This document shows positions 9,600-19,473 of a stretch of 20,000 nt of DNA, one piece after another. Both the position numbers and the translations under genes were made by a program. Numbering within the stretch: position 1 is the stretch's first letter; the number at the start of each line of letters is the position of its first letter. The stretch is from Raillietiella orientalis (taxonomy: Eukaryota): the NCBI GenBank assembly GCA_036172245.1, contig JAYWIR010000067.1:486831-506830 (forward strand), read 5' to 3'. Below the pieces are notes generated by a model. The model ran no database searches, was not told where the DNA came from, and saw only the letters and a list, made by a program, of their open reading frames with translations.

Positions 9600-10595
9600 T
9601 CAGCATCCGGTGATATACTGAAATGAGCTTGAAAGAATCCGGGAGAATAATGACAACTCGGTGGTCTCGGATTTCTTCGTAAACTCCATTGTGACTTTGC
9701 GGTAATGATTGAGGTCCGAGGCCCTCCTGGAAAGGAAGCTCCGTTCCCTCTCCATTCGACGCTTCCTATCTTTGACGTCTTCAGGGAAGATGAACATCGG
9801 CATCCTCAGCAGTTCCTTCAAGCTGTCCAACGAGCGGACGATTCTGCTCCTGAGGAGGAGCAGAGCAACCCTGTAAGCTGAAAGGCAGCTTGGGCCGCCT
9901 AGGCAGTCCATCCTGCCGCTGGAATTTTGGTTTGCGGAATGAAAAATGCAAGCAGCGCGGGCGTTTCCATGGTTTCCTTCCTTTACAGATGAAAAGCCAC
10001 AACCGAAGGAGAGGCAGAACGGATTTTGCACGTTTCGCGCGATGCCGATCCGCCGGCGCCGTTCCTTTCTTGCTATTGCCGAATTGCGAGGCCGCAGCAA
10101 CCAACAGGTTGTCGTGTTGCATTTCGATTGATTGCTTCCTAGACGGAAGGAATCGTAGAGGATCCCCATCGGATTCCGGAATGATGTTGTCGGTCGCATA
10201 CAGTTTCGACATTCCAAAGGACGGAGGGAGGGTTTGGGGGGAGGGGCGATGAAAGGGATGGACTCGCTTTTTCCGTTTATGGTCACGATCCCCGGGGATA
10301 CGCGTAGGCGGGAAAGGTAGGTGCTGGTGCGTTCTAGAGCTGAGCCAATTTCCTGGGATGCGTGAATCGCCTGGATGGGAACCCCTATGCGTGGAAGGGT
10401 GGTTGCTCGCAAGGAGGGAGAACAGTCGGCCACCCTGCAGCGGTTGCGAGGTTGGGTAGGGGAGATGTGCTCAAATGAAATTTTCTTGGGTTCCTGGTTT
10501 GCGTCGTGACTTGAGGTGCGCATGACGAGTGGGCATGAGTCGGTGGTGGGAACGTGGTGGATGGATGCGCAATATTCGAAGATTCCTGTTTCCAC
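9600..10595 (-). CDS. Unassigned 331-codon ORF, possibly part of a spliced host gene or relic
   Basis: This is the longest ORF in the central block and starts at a non-ATG codon. The last 90 codons or so read as plausible helical protein. I recognise no family. Confidence 0.2.
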   Translation of the reverse strand: METGIFEYCASIHHVPTTDSCPLVMRTSSHDANQEPKKISFEHISPTQPRNRCRVADCSPSLRATTLPRIGVPIQAIHASQEIGSALERTSTYLSRLRVSPGIVTINGKSESIPFIAPPPKPSLRPLECRNCMRPTTSFRNPMGILYDSFRLGSNQSKCNTTTCWLLRPRNSAIARKERRRRIGIARNVQNPFCLSFGCGFSSVKEGNHGNARAACIFHSANQNSSGRMDCLGGPSCLSAYRVALLLLRSRIVRSLDSLKELLRMPMFIFPEDVKDRKRRMERERSFLSRRASDLNHYRKVTMEFTKKSETTELSLFSRILSSSFQYITGC

Positions 10596-11800
10596 GACAA
10601 AGGGCTTGGGATTTTCTGAATTGCGTGGACATCACGGGTATGCAATGGAAGAGGAACTGAGGAAAGGGAAGCGTTTGGCGGCACGCGAGTAGGTTCGGTG
10701 TGACCGGGTACATTTTCAGGGTGTCGACATTGGAGGTTGATGCATAGGTGAACGGAAATTCTCACCAATTGCAAATGCTTTCTGTTGCGACGTGAGCAAT
10801 GTAAATGCGAGGGAAGTGCGGGCGCTGAGATAGGAAAAATACAGGGAAGCAAGGAACGGTCCAGCAGGGCAGAGTGGAAAGAGAATTCGCAGCGCCAGTT
10901 CGCGTCATTGGCTGCCTGGGATCGAGCCAAGGTAGAAGTGCTGCATATTGCAGGTAATGCGAAGAAGGACTCGGAGAAGGTGTGACTTGGTATGCTGACG
11001 TGGTTGAAAAGTTACAGGTAGGACACGTATGCATCCAACGTCACAAGAGCCACCGCCACGTACATACAGCCGGGGAAGCCCAGCGGGCTGCTTGCGCGAA
11101 GCAAAGCATAGGCAGCAGGGGAAGAAACGGGCCGAAGGGTGACGAACGGCGAAATTGAAAAGACGAGGGATGGCGAAGGAATGTGTGAAGCCGCACTTGG
11201 GAAGCGAAGAAAAGTCGCAAAGCTTAGCAAGATGACTTCAAGAATGGTGAACTGCGTTCCTGCATTTTGACAAAGTCGGTTATCAGATCGCGGTTCCGGA
11301 AAAGAGCAAGTGCGATACGACGAAGGCAGATATTTGAACGGGGGGTTTGGACAGAGGACTAGTTGGGCGAAGAGGAGGTTGACCAGGGGAAAAAGAAGAG
11401 CGTAGCCATGCTCTTGCAGAATGCAAGGTAATGTGGTCCGTATTTTTAAAACCCTTTCCACTGGAATCCGTTTGTAAAAACACATGGAATGCAGGACTGA
11501 ATGTGGAAGTGGATTTTCTGCACTCGACGAATGGCTAGAATGCGAGACGTAATGCGAGTCTGTGGAAAAATGCTGAAAACGCTGAAAGCATTGCCAGCCG
11601 TCTGCAGGCACATTCTGCTGCCAGCGAGGCGGTATTCTTCCTTCGTTTCTTCTGGAGGCCTATGCTGGTGTTTCCTAAAGGCAGTCGGCGCACCGCGGTC
11701 CGTGCGACAAAAAGCTTCCATTTTCGAAACACACGAATGCAGTACAGCATCGATGACCTGTTCCGTCTTGTCACACACGTGAACGGTCTTTTACGGTTGG

Positions 11801-11840
11801 GCATGCGTCAACTGTGACGCGCGTCACTGTTGACGCATGC
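11801..11840. repeat. 40-bp spacerless palindrome with one mismatch, containing four TGACGC half-sites
   Basis: GCATGCGTCAACTGTGACGC|GCGTCACTGTTGACGCATGC. Confidence 0.95.
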
Positions 11841-12270
11841 GCATCCAGAAACCATGTTTCGCTTCTTCCGGAAACTGCACGCTAGGAGACGGTTCCAAGG
11901 GATCGGAAGAGGAATCGGGAATACGCAGGTCTGTCTTTATCGTTCGCGGTTGCGTTGCGCCGGCGTGCAGACAGATCACCGCCCAGGATGAGCGGCAAGT
12001 TTGGAAATCGGGGTAACTTGCTTCTGCTGCTGTGTAGGATGTAATTAGCTAGAGCTCTGGACGTGATCCTTGACGATGGCTTTCTCCCGAGCAAGCGGCA
12101 TCTTTGCTTTGTTGCTGCGTGCAAAAGTGCGCATTAGCAGCACCTGCCAAAGGATTTGATGTAGAAGGAAGGGAAAGGAAAAGCTCTGCATAGTTCCGTG
12201 CCGTGGGCAGTGAAACCGCTACCCCGAAACGGATAGAGAGTTCTCGAGTTTTCCTTCGTTGGCCACGGTG

Positions 12271-12295
12271 TCAGCTCAGCTCAGCTCAGCTCAGC
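12271..12295 (+). repeat. (TCAGC)5 microsatellite
   Basis: Five perfect TCAGC units. Confidence 0.95.
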
Positions 12296-13404
12296 CTTGT
12301 CGCTGGGATTTTTCACGCTTGCGTTCCCTGTACAAGTCCAGCATCCGAGATCCGCATGCAGGGATTGCTCGAATTGCGGACGCGCTGGGAGGATGTGTGT
12401 GAACCTGAGGTTCGGAAGCCATCGCGTAGCCTTCTTGGACGCGCGCCTGGAAGAACACGACACCATGTGAGGTTGCGAGTGGTAGCGGAATGCCTGATGG
12501 GCGAATGCGGATTTTCGTGCATTCGAGCTGGGAATTCGCGAAAACGTATAGAGAATGTAGTGGTGTGATCTTGTCGGCTTGAGGCCAACCCATGGGAATG
12601 GCGAGAGGAGATGGGAAGGTGCCGGTTGCCGAAATCAAGGAGGCGGCATGCTGGATGGTGGTGGCTCCACGGTCCTCTTGCCTTCGGTTGCGTAGCGTCA
12701 CGCTCTGGTCGGCTGCCTCAGCTACCCTGGGGTGCAACAAGAGATCCAAGGATTGGACAACGGAGCTCGGCCACGCTTAAGGAAGAGCAACTCTTTTTGA
12801 TTTGAGGAAGGGAGCTCGTGGGAGCGTGAGGGCGCCAGAAGTCGGCCCCGCCGCAGCCGACCGCTGGCGGCAACCTCTCCGGTGTATTCAGCACGCCGAA
12901 AGCTCGCCGCCGAGGCTCCACTGGATGTGATCGATGTTGGTGGCCAGGGTCGTGAGGAGCTTGTCGAAACCGCTTCTGCAACGAAGACACATGATGCGCC
13001 ATGCACGAAACGCATAGCTGCCGAAGGTGGGTGCGCAGCTCACTCGTATGTCGTGTGCTCGTCCTGACTGCCCAGCAGCGAACCAGCCACGCAGGAGAAC
13101 TGGAACGAAGAACAGGGGACATGGGTATCCGAAGGAGGGAACGCAGCGTTTTCGAAAGGCACCACCACGGGGAGGGCGCACAGGCGAGGCTCACCTGCAT
13201 CTCGCTCAGCGCACCGCCGTCCGCCAGCAGCGCGCGGTAATCGAGCGGCAGCGCCTCCGCGCCGCCGTCTGGCTCTTGCGTACGAAACCTGAGGAAGCAC
13301 CGCGCGACGAATTGGTGTTGTGCGGTACTCTTGGATGCCGCCAGAGGGAAGCTCGGTTGAGGGGAAGGGCAGGCTGACCTCGTCTTTTGCCTATCCTTCC
13401 CCTC

Positions 13405-15042
13405 ATGTCCCACGCGGTTTCCCCCTGGTGAAGGAGAGCTGAGGCCAGCCTCCGATACAGTCCTAGGACGGCACCGTAGTCCAGAAGCAGGTGCGGGATC
13501 GTTTCCACTTTTCCGTACCTTTTACAGTTTGGGGAGACAACTCCCCCGTAAAGACGGTGCGTCCTCTGGTTGGAGTGAAAACCCCAATGCACCAGCATGA
13601 TGACGTCCTGCTTCCACGAAAGGGGGAACATCGAAGTGTTCAAACAGGAGGGAGGGACCACAAGTTTTTCGGGGTTCACACTCAAGTTTTCACTCCACCG
13701 AAGGAGTCCTTTCGAGATGTGGCGCGGCGTGGCGGCGTCTGCCAGCTCGCAAGTCCTCCAGCCGCCAATAGGTCGCGTTGTTCCTGCGATGCTGCAGGAG
13801 ACCTCCCATCAGGCCGGTTCGCAACTGTCATCTCTTGCCCTGAGGGCTGACAGCGCGTCGGCGAGGAGGGTGACGGCCAGGCGGGTCCACTTCTCCTAGC
13901 TGTTGCACACCTCATCCACCGTGCAGTACGGGGAGAGGTTAGCGCAACGGAGATCCAGGAGTGAAACATCCTGGTGCATTGCCCAGCCATGCAACAGTTC
14001 CTGCCGCCAGGATTCAAAGTTCGTTGCGCGACAGCAGATCCATGCGAGGGCTGCCAGGAGAAGGTAGAGTGGTTTCAACGGAAAACCGAAACTACACCTA
14101 GAGCGTTCCGTGTGCGGACGCAGCGAAGGAAGTCCATCGATGCCGGTGCAGCGCCGCAGGAGCAGGCGCGCGGGAGCGCACCAGGGAGTGGACCAAAGGT
14201 TGGCGCACAGGGCCAACATCCAAAGCTGCACCTGCAGCTCGATTCTCTCCAGCGTCAGGATGCCTAAACCAGCATCCCAACGCGGAGCCGCCAAGTCTTT
14301 GAGGCGTATCCTGGACCTCGCAGGTCCCCACAGAGCGTTCCTCTACAGGCTGTTCGCCTTGAGCTTGGCCGAATTGGGGGATGGGCAAACAAAAGGAAGG
14401 AGACGTAAGAGGAGGACAACGAAGGTGTTCCATATCGCGTCCCGCTCCGGCAGGACGAACCTGCCATGGTGAAACGGGATCAGAGCACTCGTAGCCATCC
14501 GAAGACAGTCCGACCACACTTCCACTGAGCTCATTTCCCCCAGCGGAACGCCTAGATATTGGATGGACGAAGTTGTCGGGATCCCCAGGCGGATTTAGTT
14601 GGACTGCCTCTCCCACGCCGCACTATAGGTACGACCACGCTCTTGCTCCGTTTTACGCTCATGCCCGCCCCCTGGGGAATCAGCTCAAAGAAATCCTCGA
14701 GACTGGATGCCTGGGTGGTCATGGGTAAAAGGAGAAGCAGGTCGTCAGCATAGGCTGCCACGGACGGCGTTCCTGGACAAGAGCTCGACAGGTTGGTAAG
14801 CGTCAACCTGTACGCCCTCAGCAACAACTCATAGTAGATGCTGAAGAGCAACGGGCTTAAGCTGTCGCCCTGCCTGATACCCCGCCGTATGGGAACGCCT
14901 TACACATGGCAGCCGCTGAAAGAGATGGAAATGAGCCCGTGGGGACAGCAAGCGCGCAAATAGGCCACCAGGTGCACCGAAAGACGGAGGCGTTTTAGGA
15001 CCTCCAGGAGAAGGTCCTGATTCAAGCAGTCGATCGCCTTAT
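13405..15042 (-). mobile_element. Decayed LINE ORF2 fragment E (RT core to zinc finger), truncated at both ends
   Basis: It runs from KAIDCLNQ (the KAFD equivalent) through YADD to VHWG...NCKRYGKVETIPHLLLDY. 14267-14878 is about 96% identical to 1-612 by hand count. It has several stops and frameshifts and no 3' UTR. Confidence 0.92.
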
Positions 15043-15057
15043 GCGCTCAAGGGCGGA

Positions 15058-16239
15058 CGTGTTTTCTCGGTGCTCCTTGTGCCAGGAAGTCTCTCCTAGT
15101 GCAAGCGTCGTGTGGTTCGGTGGTCGATCAGGCAGCGATGCCTGACGCGACCACCAGGGATGGCCAGGGGGCAGCGGAAACGCCGCTCCCAGAGGCGATG
15201 GAGAGCCAGGGAGCGGCGGCAACGTCGCCCCCAGAGGAGATGGAGGTGGGGGCATCCGCCCCCACAGAATCGGTTCCCGCTGCAGCGGGGGCGTGGAGCG
15301 CCGTTGTGTCGGCGCCATCGCCTGCAGCCGCGGCGGAATTGTCAGCCTATGTGGAGGAGGGGTATATCCCCTCATTGTTCTAGAAGGTAGGCAATCTATA
15401 TTCTTTAGAGAGTGCGCGCGCCTTTTCGAAAGGCATGCGCGCTCACGATGTGAAAGAGGAGGAGCTCAGCGCTTTGACCATCCGCAGCGGGGTCAGTACG
15501 TTGAGGTCATCTGCAAACAAGCAGAGGTCGCCCAACGACTGCTTAAAACCCCCGTGGTGATGGGGACGCGTAGGCTCCTCCCCACTACGGCGGACCGCAG
15601 CATGGTGGTCCACCTGTTAGGCGTCACCGCGCGAATGCGCAAAGAAGAGGTTCGCGCCGCTCTAGAACAATTTGGAACGGTCCACGCGCAGAGGACGAAA
15701 GTTAGTCCTTTCGAGGACTACACGGGGCTGCAACACGGCCTCCCGGCTGCGCGCGTGACCGTTCGGGAGGGCTGCACTCTTCTTCACAAACTGATGGTCG
15801 ATGGCGAAACCGTCGACCTCTGGTATGTGGGGAAGCCGAAATACTGCGGCTTCTGCAATACGTCGGGCCACCTCAAAAAGAGGTGTCCCAACGTGCAGTG
15901 CCAAGTATGCGGCACAATGGGTCACACGAGGGAGGTGTGCCCTAAAGCAGCAGTGCGGGTGGTTTCCAAGAGAAACCTTAAAAAATGCGCCAGGCATCTG
16001 CAGAAAAGGCTGGCGGCGAAAGCTGCCGCGAAGGCTGTGCCACCCGCGCCCAAGACCCAGGCCGCACCCGAGACCCCGGCGACCAACGCCGAAAAAGTTG
16101 AGGGAGCCGGCCAGGAGAATGGGTGGCAATTGTCAACGGCCAAAAACTCAAAGAAGGAGAGGAGATTAAAGAAAAAGCTCGCGTACCGCCAGAAAAAACA
16201 GCAGGCAAGCGAGCAAATTAAAGAATGCAGCGTTATCGT
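15058..16239 (+). mobile_element. LINE 5' fragment F: 80-nt 5' UTR plus pseudogenised ORF1 (ATG 15138), cut at 16239
   Basis: It is a close paralog of 18049-19273 with two CCHC knuckles. It has a TAC>TAG stop at 15381-15383 and a 1-nt deletion in the G run near 15490. Confidence 0.93.
15163..15245 (+). repeat. Two copies of the 42-bp coding minisatellite in the ORF1 N-terminus
   Basis: The unit GCCAGGGGGCAGCGG...GATGGAGA encodes QGAAxTxPPEAMES-like peptides. Confidence 0.85.
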
Positions 16240-18048
16240 TTATTACCCGGTTGCGCCGGGACGTTTATTCTTAATATCACCTGGGAACCGTGTTCCCAGG
16301 CAAGGGGAACAGAAAATAAGGAGTAGATTAACCGGAACGCAGGCCGGGTACACTGAGATTTCGGAACGGGAGGTGGTGGGACAATAAATAAATAAACTGG
16401 GTGGGAGGGCGGGGACAGGGGTATACAGTCTAACCGTTCCTATTCTCAGAACCGGCGGTGAATGCCGCCGATCTCCGTCCTCACTTCTGCTCCAAGATGT
16501 GGCCACCCGGCAGCCATTTGCAGGTTGCAGGCTGCGGTGTCGGGGACCGATGTTAAGACTGCTCGCATCTGCAATACGTGGCGGGCCCTGACAATGGCGC
16601 GGACGCAGCAGATGATTGCGACGACCGCTCCAAGAGAAAGTCCGCCACGCGTGTAGAAGCGGCGCATCCAATCCAGTGCGGTGTGTCCAGGGTGCAGGAG
16701 CGCTGAAGACAGCTGCTGCCACAGCTCCTGGAGGGCACCGCACTCAAACAGCAAATGCGGAAGCGATTCCACCGCTCCGCATTGGGCACAGTTCGGGTAA
16801 GCAACTCCCCCGGAAATCAGGTGCGCCCGCTGTTTGCAGTACAAACCCCAATGCATCAGCAGAAAAGCGTCCTGTTTCCACCGAAGGGGGAAGAGTGTTG
16901 CGTCCAAACACGCAGAAGGGACCACAAGTTCATCGGTGGGCACCCTGAGGAGCTCACTCCACCGGAGAAGCCCCTTTGCAAGAATGCGAGGTGTGGCAGC
17001 GTCTGCCACTTCGCAAGTCCGCCAGCCGCCCAGCAGTCGGGTTTCGCCTGCGATTTCGCAAGTGATCTCCCACCTCGCCGGCAGGTCACTGTCGTCTCGC
17101 ACCATCAGTGCACACAGTGCTTCGGCGAGTGGCGTAGCGGCTAGGCGTGTCCACTGGTCCTGGTCTTCCAGCACCTCCCCCACTGGACAGTATGGGGAAA
17201 GTTTCACGCAACGGAGTTCCAAACGGGACACATCCTGTTGCGCTGCCCAGGACGATAAGGCTTCCTGCCTCCAGGCGTTGAAGTTCGTCGGCCGGCAGGA
17301 GATCCACTCATGCTTTCGCAGAAGCGTGGCGAGCTGCTCCAAAGGGAAGCCGAATCCTCTCTGGGCGCACTCCGTGCGCAGATGCAACGAACGTGGTCCG
17401 TCGCCACCCGTACAGCGCCGCAGCAGCAGCCGCGCTGGAGCACACCAGGGAGTAGTCCAGAGCTGCGCACAAAGTGCCAGCATGCGGAATTGCACTAGCA
17501 GTCCGATTCGCTTCAGCGTCAGGATGCCCAATCCTGCATCTTACCGAGGAGCCGCCAAGTCCTTCAGGCGTATCCTGGACCTCGACGGTCCCCACAGGGC
17601 GTTCCGCAACAGGCGTTGCGCCCGGCGCTTAGCCGAGTAGGGAGGGGGACAAACAAAAAAGAGGGAACGGAGGAGGGGGGCAACGAAAATGTTCCACACG
17701 AAGGCCCGTTCCGACAGGAGAAACCTGCCGCCATGGAAAGGGCCCAGAGCAGTCTCGGCCTTGTGAAGGCAGTCCGACCACGCTTCTGCTGGACAGAAGG
17801 CGCCCAAGGGAACGCCGAGGTACTTCAAGCACCTGCCCGTGGGGATCCCCAGGCGGATCCAGTCGGACTGCCCCTCCCACGTAGAGCCAACCGGTACAAC
17901 GGTTGATTTCGTCCTGTTGACGCTCAGGCCCGCTCCCCGACGAATGAGCTTCAAGAAGGCCTCGAGCCTGGACGCCGGGGTGGACATGGGCAGCAGCAGG
18001 ACAAGGTCGTCAGCATAGGCGGACACGGCAGGTGTTCCCGAGCAGGAG
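16240..18048 (-). mobile_element. LINE 3' fragment G: ORF2 from the YADD region to the C-terminus, 3' UTR, terminal hairpin and TAATAA tail
   Basis: AYADD, KYLGVPLG and the zinc finger are followed by a stop at 16446. The UTR ends AATAAACGTCCCGGCGCAACCGGGTAATAA on the minus strand. Confidence 0.95.
16446..18047 (-). pseudogene. ORF2 C-terminal half with a single premature stop
   Basis: Track ORFs 17541..18095 and 16446..17531 are in the same frame. They are separated by TAA at 17541-17543, where the other copies have TGG (APRWDAG). Confidence 0.9.
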
Positions 18049-18128
18049 CGTGTTTTCTCGGTGCTCCTCGTGCCAGGAAGTCTCCCCCAGTGCAAGCGTC
18101 GTGTGGTTCGGTGGTCGATCAGGCAGCG

Positions 18129-19473
18129 ATGCCTGACGCGACCACCAGGGATGGCCAGGGGGCAGCGGCAACGCCGCCCCCAGAGGCGATGGAGAGCCAG
18201 GGGGCGGCGGCAACGTCGCCCCCAGAGGCGATGGAGAGCCAGGGGGCGGCGGCAACGTCGCCCCCAGAGGCGATGGAGGTGGGGGCATCCGCCCCCACAG
18301 AATCGGTCCCCGCTGCAGCGCGGGCGTGGAGCGCCGTTGTGTCGGCGCCATCGCCTGCAGCCGCGGCGGAATTGTCGGCTTATGTAGAGGAGGGGTACAA
18401 CCCCTCATTGTTCTACAAGGTAGGCAATTTATATTCTTTAGAGAGCGCGCGCGCCTTCTCGAAGGGCATGCGCGCTCTCGATGTGAAAGAGGAGGAGCTC
18501 AGCGCTATGACCATCCGCAGCGGGGGTCAGTACGTTGAGGTCATCTGCAAACATGCAGAGCTGGCCCAACGACTGCTCAAAACCCCCGTTGTGATGGGGA
18601 CGCGCAGGCTCCTCCCCACTACGGCGGACCGCAGCATGGTGGTCCACCTGTTAGGCGTCACCGCGCGAATGCGCAAAGAACAGGTTCGCGCCGCTTTGGA
18701 ACAGTTCGGAACGGTCCACGCGCAGTGGACGAAAGTAAGTCCTTTCGAGGACTACATGGGGCTGCAACACGGCCTCACTGCTGCGCGCGTGACCGTTCGG
18801 GAGGGCTGCACTCTTCCCCACAAACTGGTGGTCGATGGCGAAACCGTCGACCTCTGGTATGTGGGGAAGCCGAAATACTGTGGCTTCTGCAATACGTCGG
18901 GCCACCTCAAAAAGAGGTGTCCCAATGTGCAGTGCCAAGTATGCGGAACCATGGGACACACGAGGGAGGTGTGCCCTGAAGCAGCAGTGCGGGTGGTTTC
19001 CAAGAGAAACCTTAAAAAACGTGCCCGGCTTCTGCAGAAAAGGCTGGCGGCGAAAGCTGCCGCGAAGGCTGTGCCACCCGCGCCCAAGGCCCAGGCCGCA
19101 CCCGAGACCCCGGCGAACAACGCCGAACAAGTCGAGGGAACAAGCCAGGAGCCTGGGTGGCAGGTGGCTACGGCCAAAAAATCAAAGAAGGAGAGGAGGA
19201 TGGAGAAAAAGCTCGCTTACCGCCAGAAAAAACAGCAGGCAAGCGAGCAAATTAAAGAATGCAGTGTTGTCGTCGAGCGTATTCCCGACCGCTGCGAAAA
19301 AGAACTCGCCGCTACCGACGACCTCCCCTCTGTTGACTCTGTCAACAGCGAGGGGAGCGAGCCGGCGGCGGCGTCCGTCATCGACACCACCATCGATGAC
19401 GTAGCCTTCGCGCGAGCCGCGGAGGAGCTGGCAGCCTCGTTGCATCCAGAACCCTCCGCGGCCAGTTGGAGGA
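18129..19473 (+). CDS. ORF1 gag-like protein with two CCHC knuckles, C-terminally truncated (reads through to a stop at 19535)
   Basis: ATG at 18129, then AWSAVV, CGFCNTSGHLKKRC and CQVCGTMGHTREVC, with no internal disruption. Confidence 0.9.
18154..18278 (+). repeat. Three copies of the 42-bp (14 aa) coding minisatellite
   Basis: Units start at 18154, 18196 and 18238 and encode QGAAATSPPEAMES. Confidence 0.95.

Larger units (their letters stand above)
18049..19473 (+). mobile_element. LINE 5' fragment H: 80-nt 5' UTR plus open ORF1, interrupted by the next element
   Basis: It has the same 5' start as fragment F. ORF1 homology to fragment C continues to SWRT (SWKT in C) and is then replaced by a new 5' UTR. 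Confidence 0.93.

Noticed and set aside
15293..16387. 364-aa ORF as an intact gene
   Set aside because: It is a composite of out-of-frame ORF1, in-frame ORF1 and the antisense 3' UTR of G.
18049..18128. HDV-like ribozyme in the 5' UTR
   Set aside because: I could not build the nested double pseudoknot by eye. A descriptor or covariance search would be needed to exclude it.
18154..18278. CRISPR-like array
   Set aside because: The units are contiguous, in frame and have no unique spacers.
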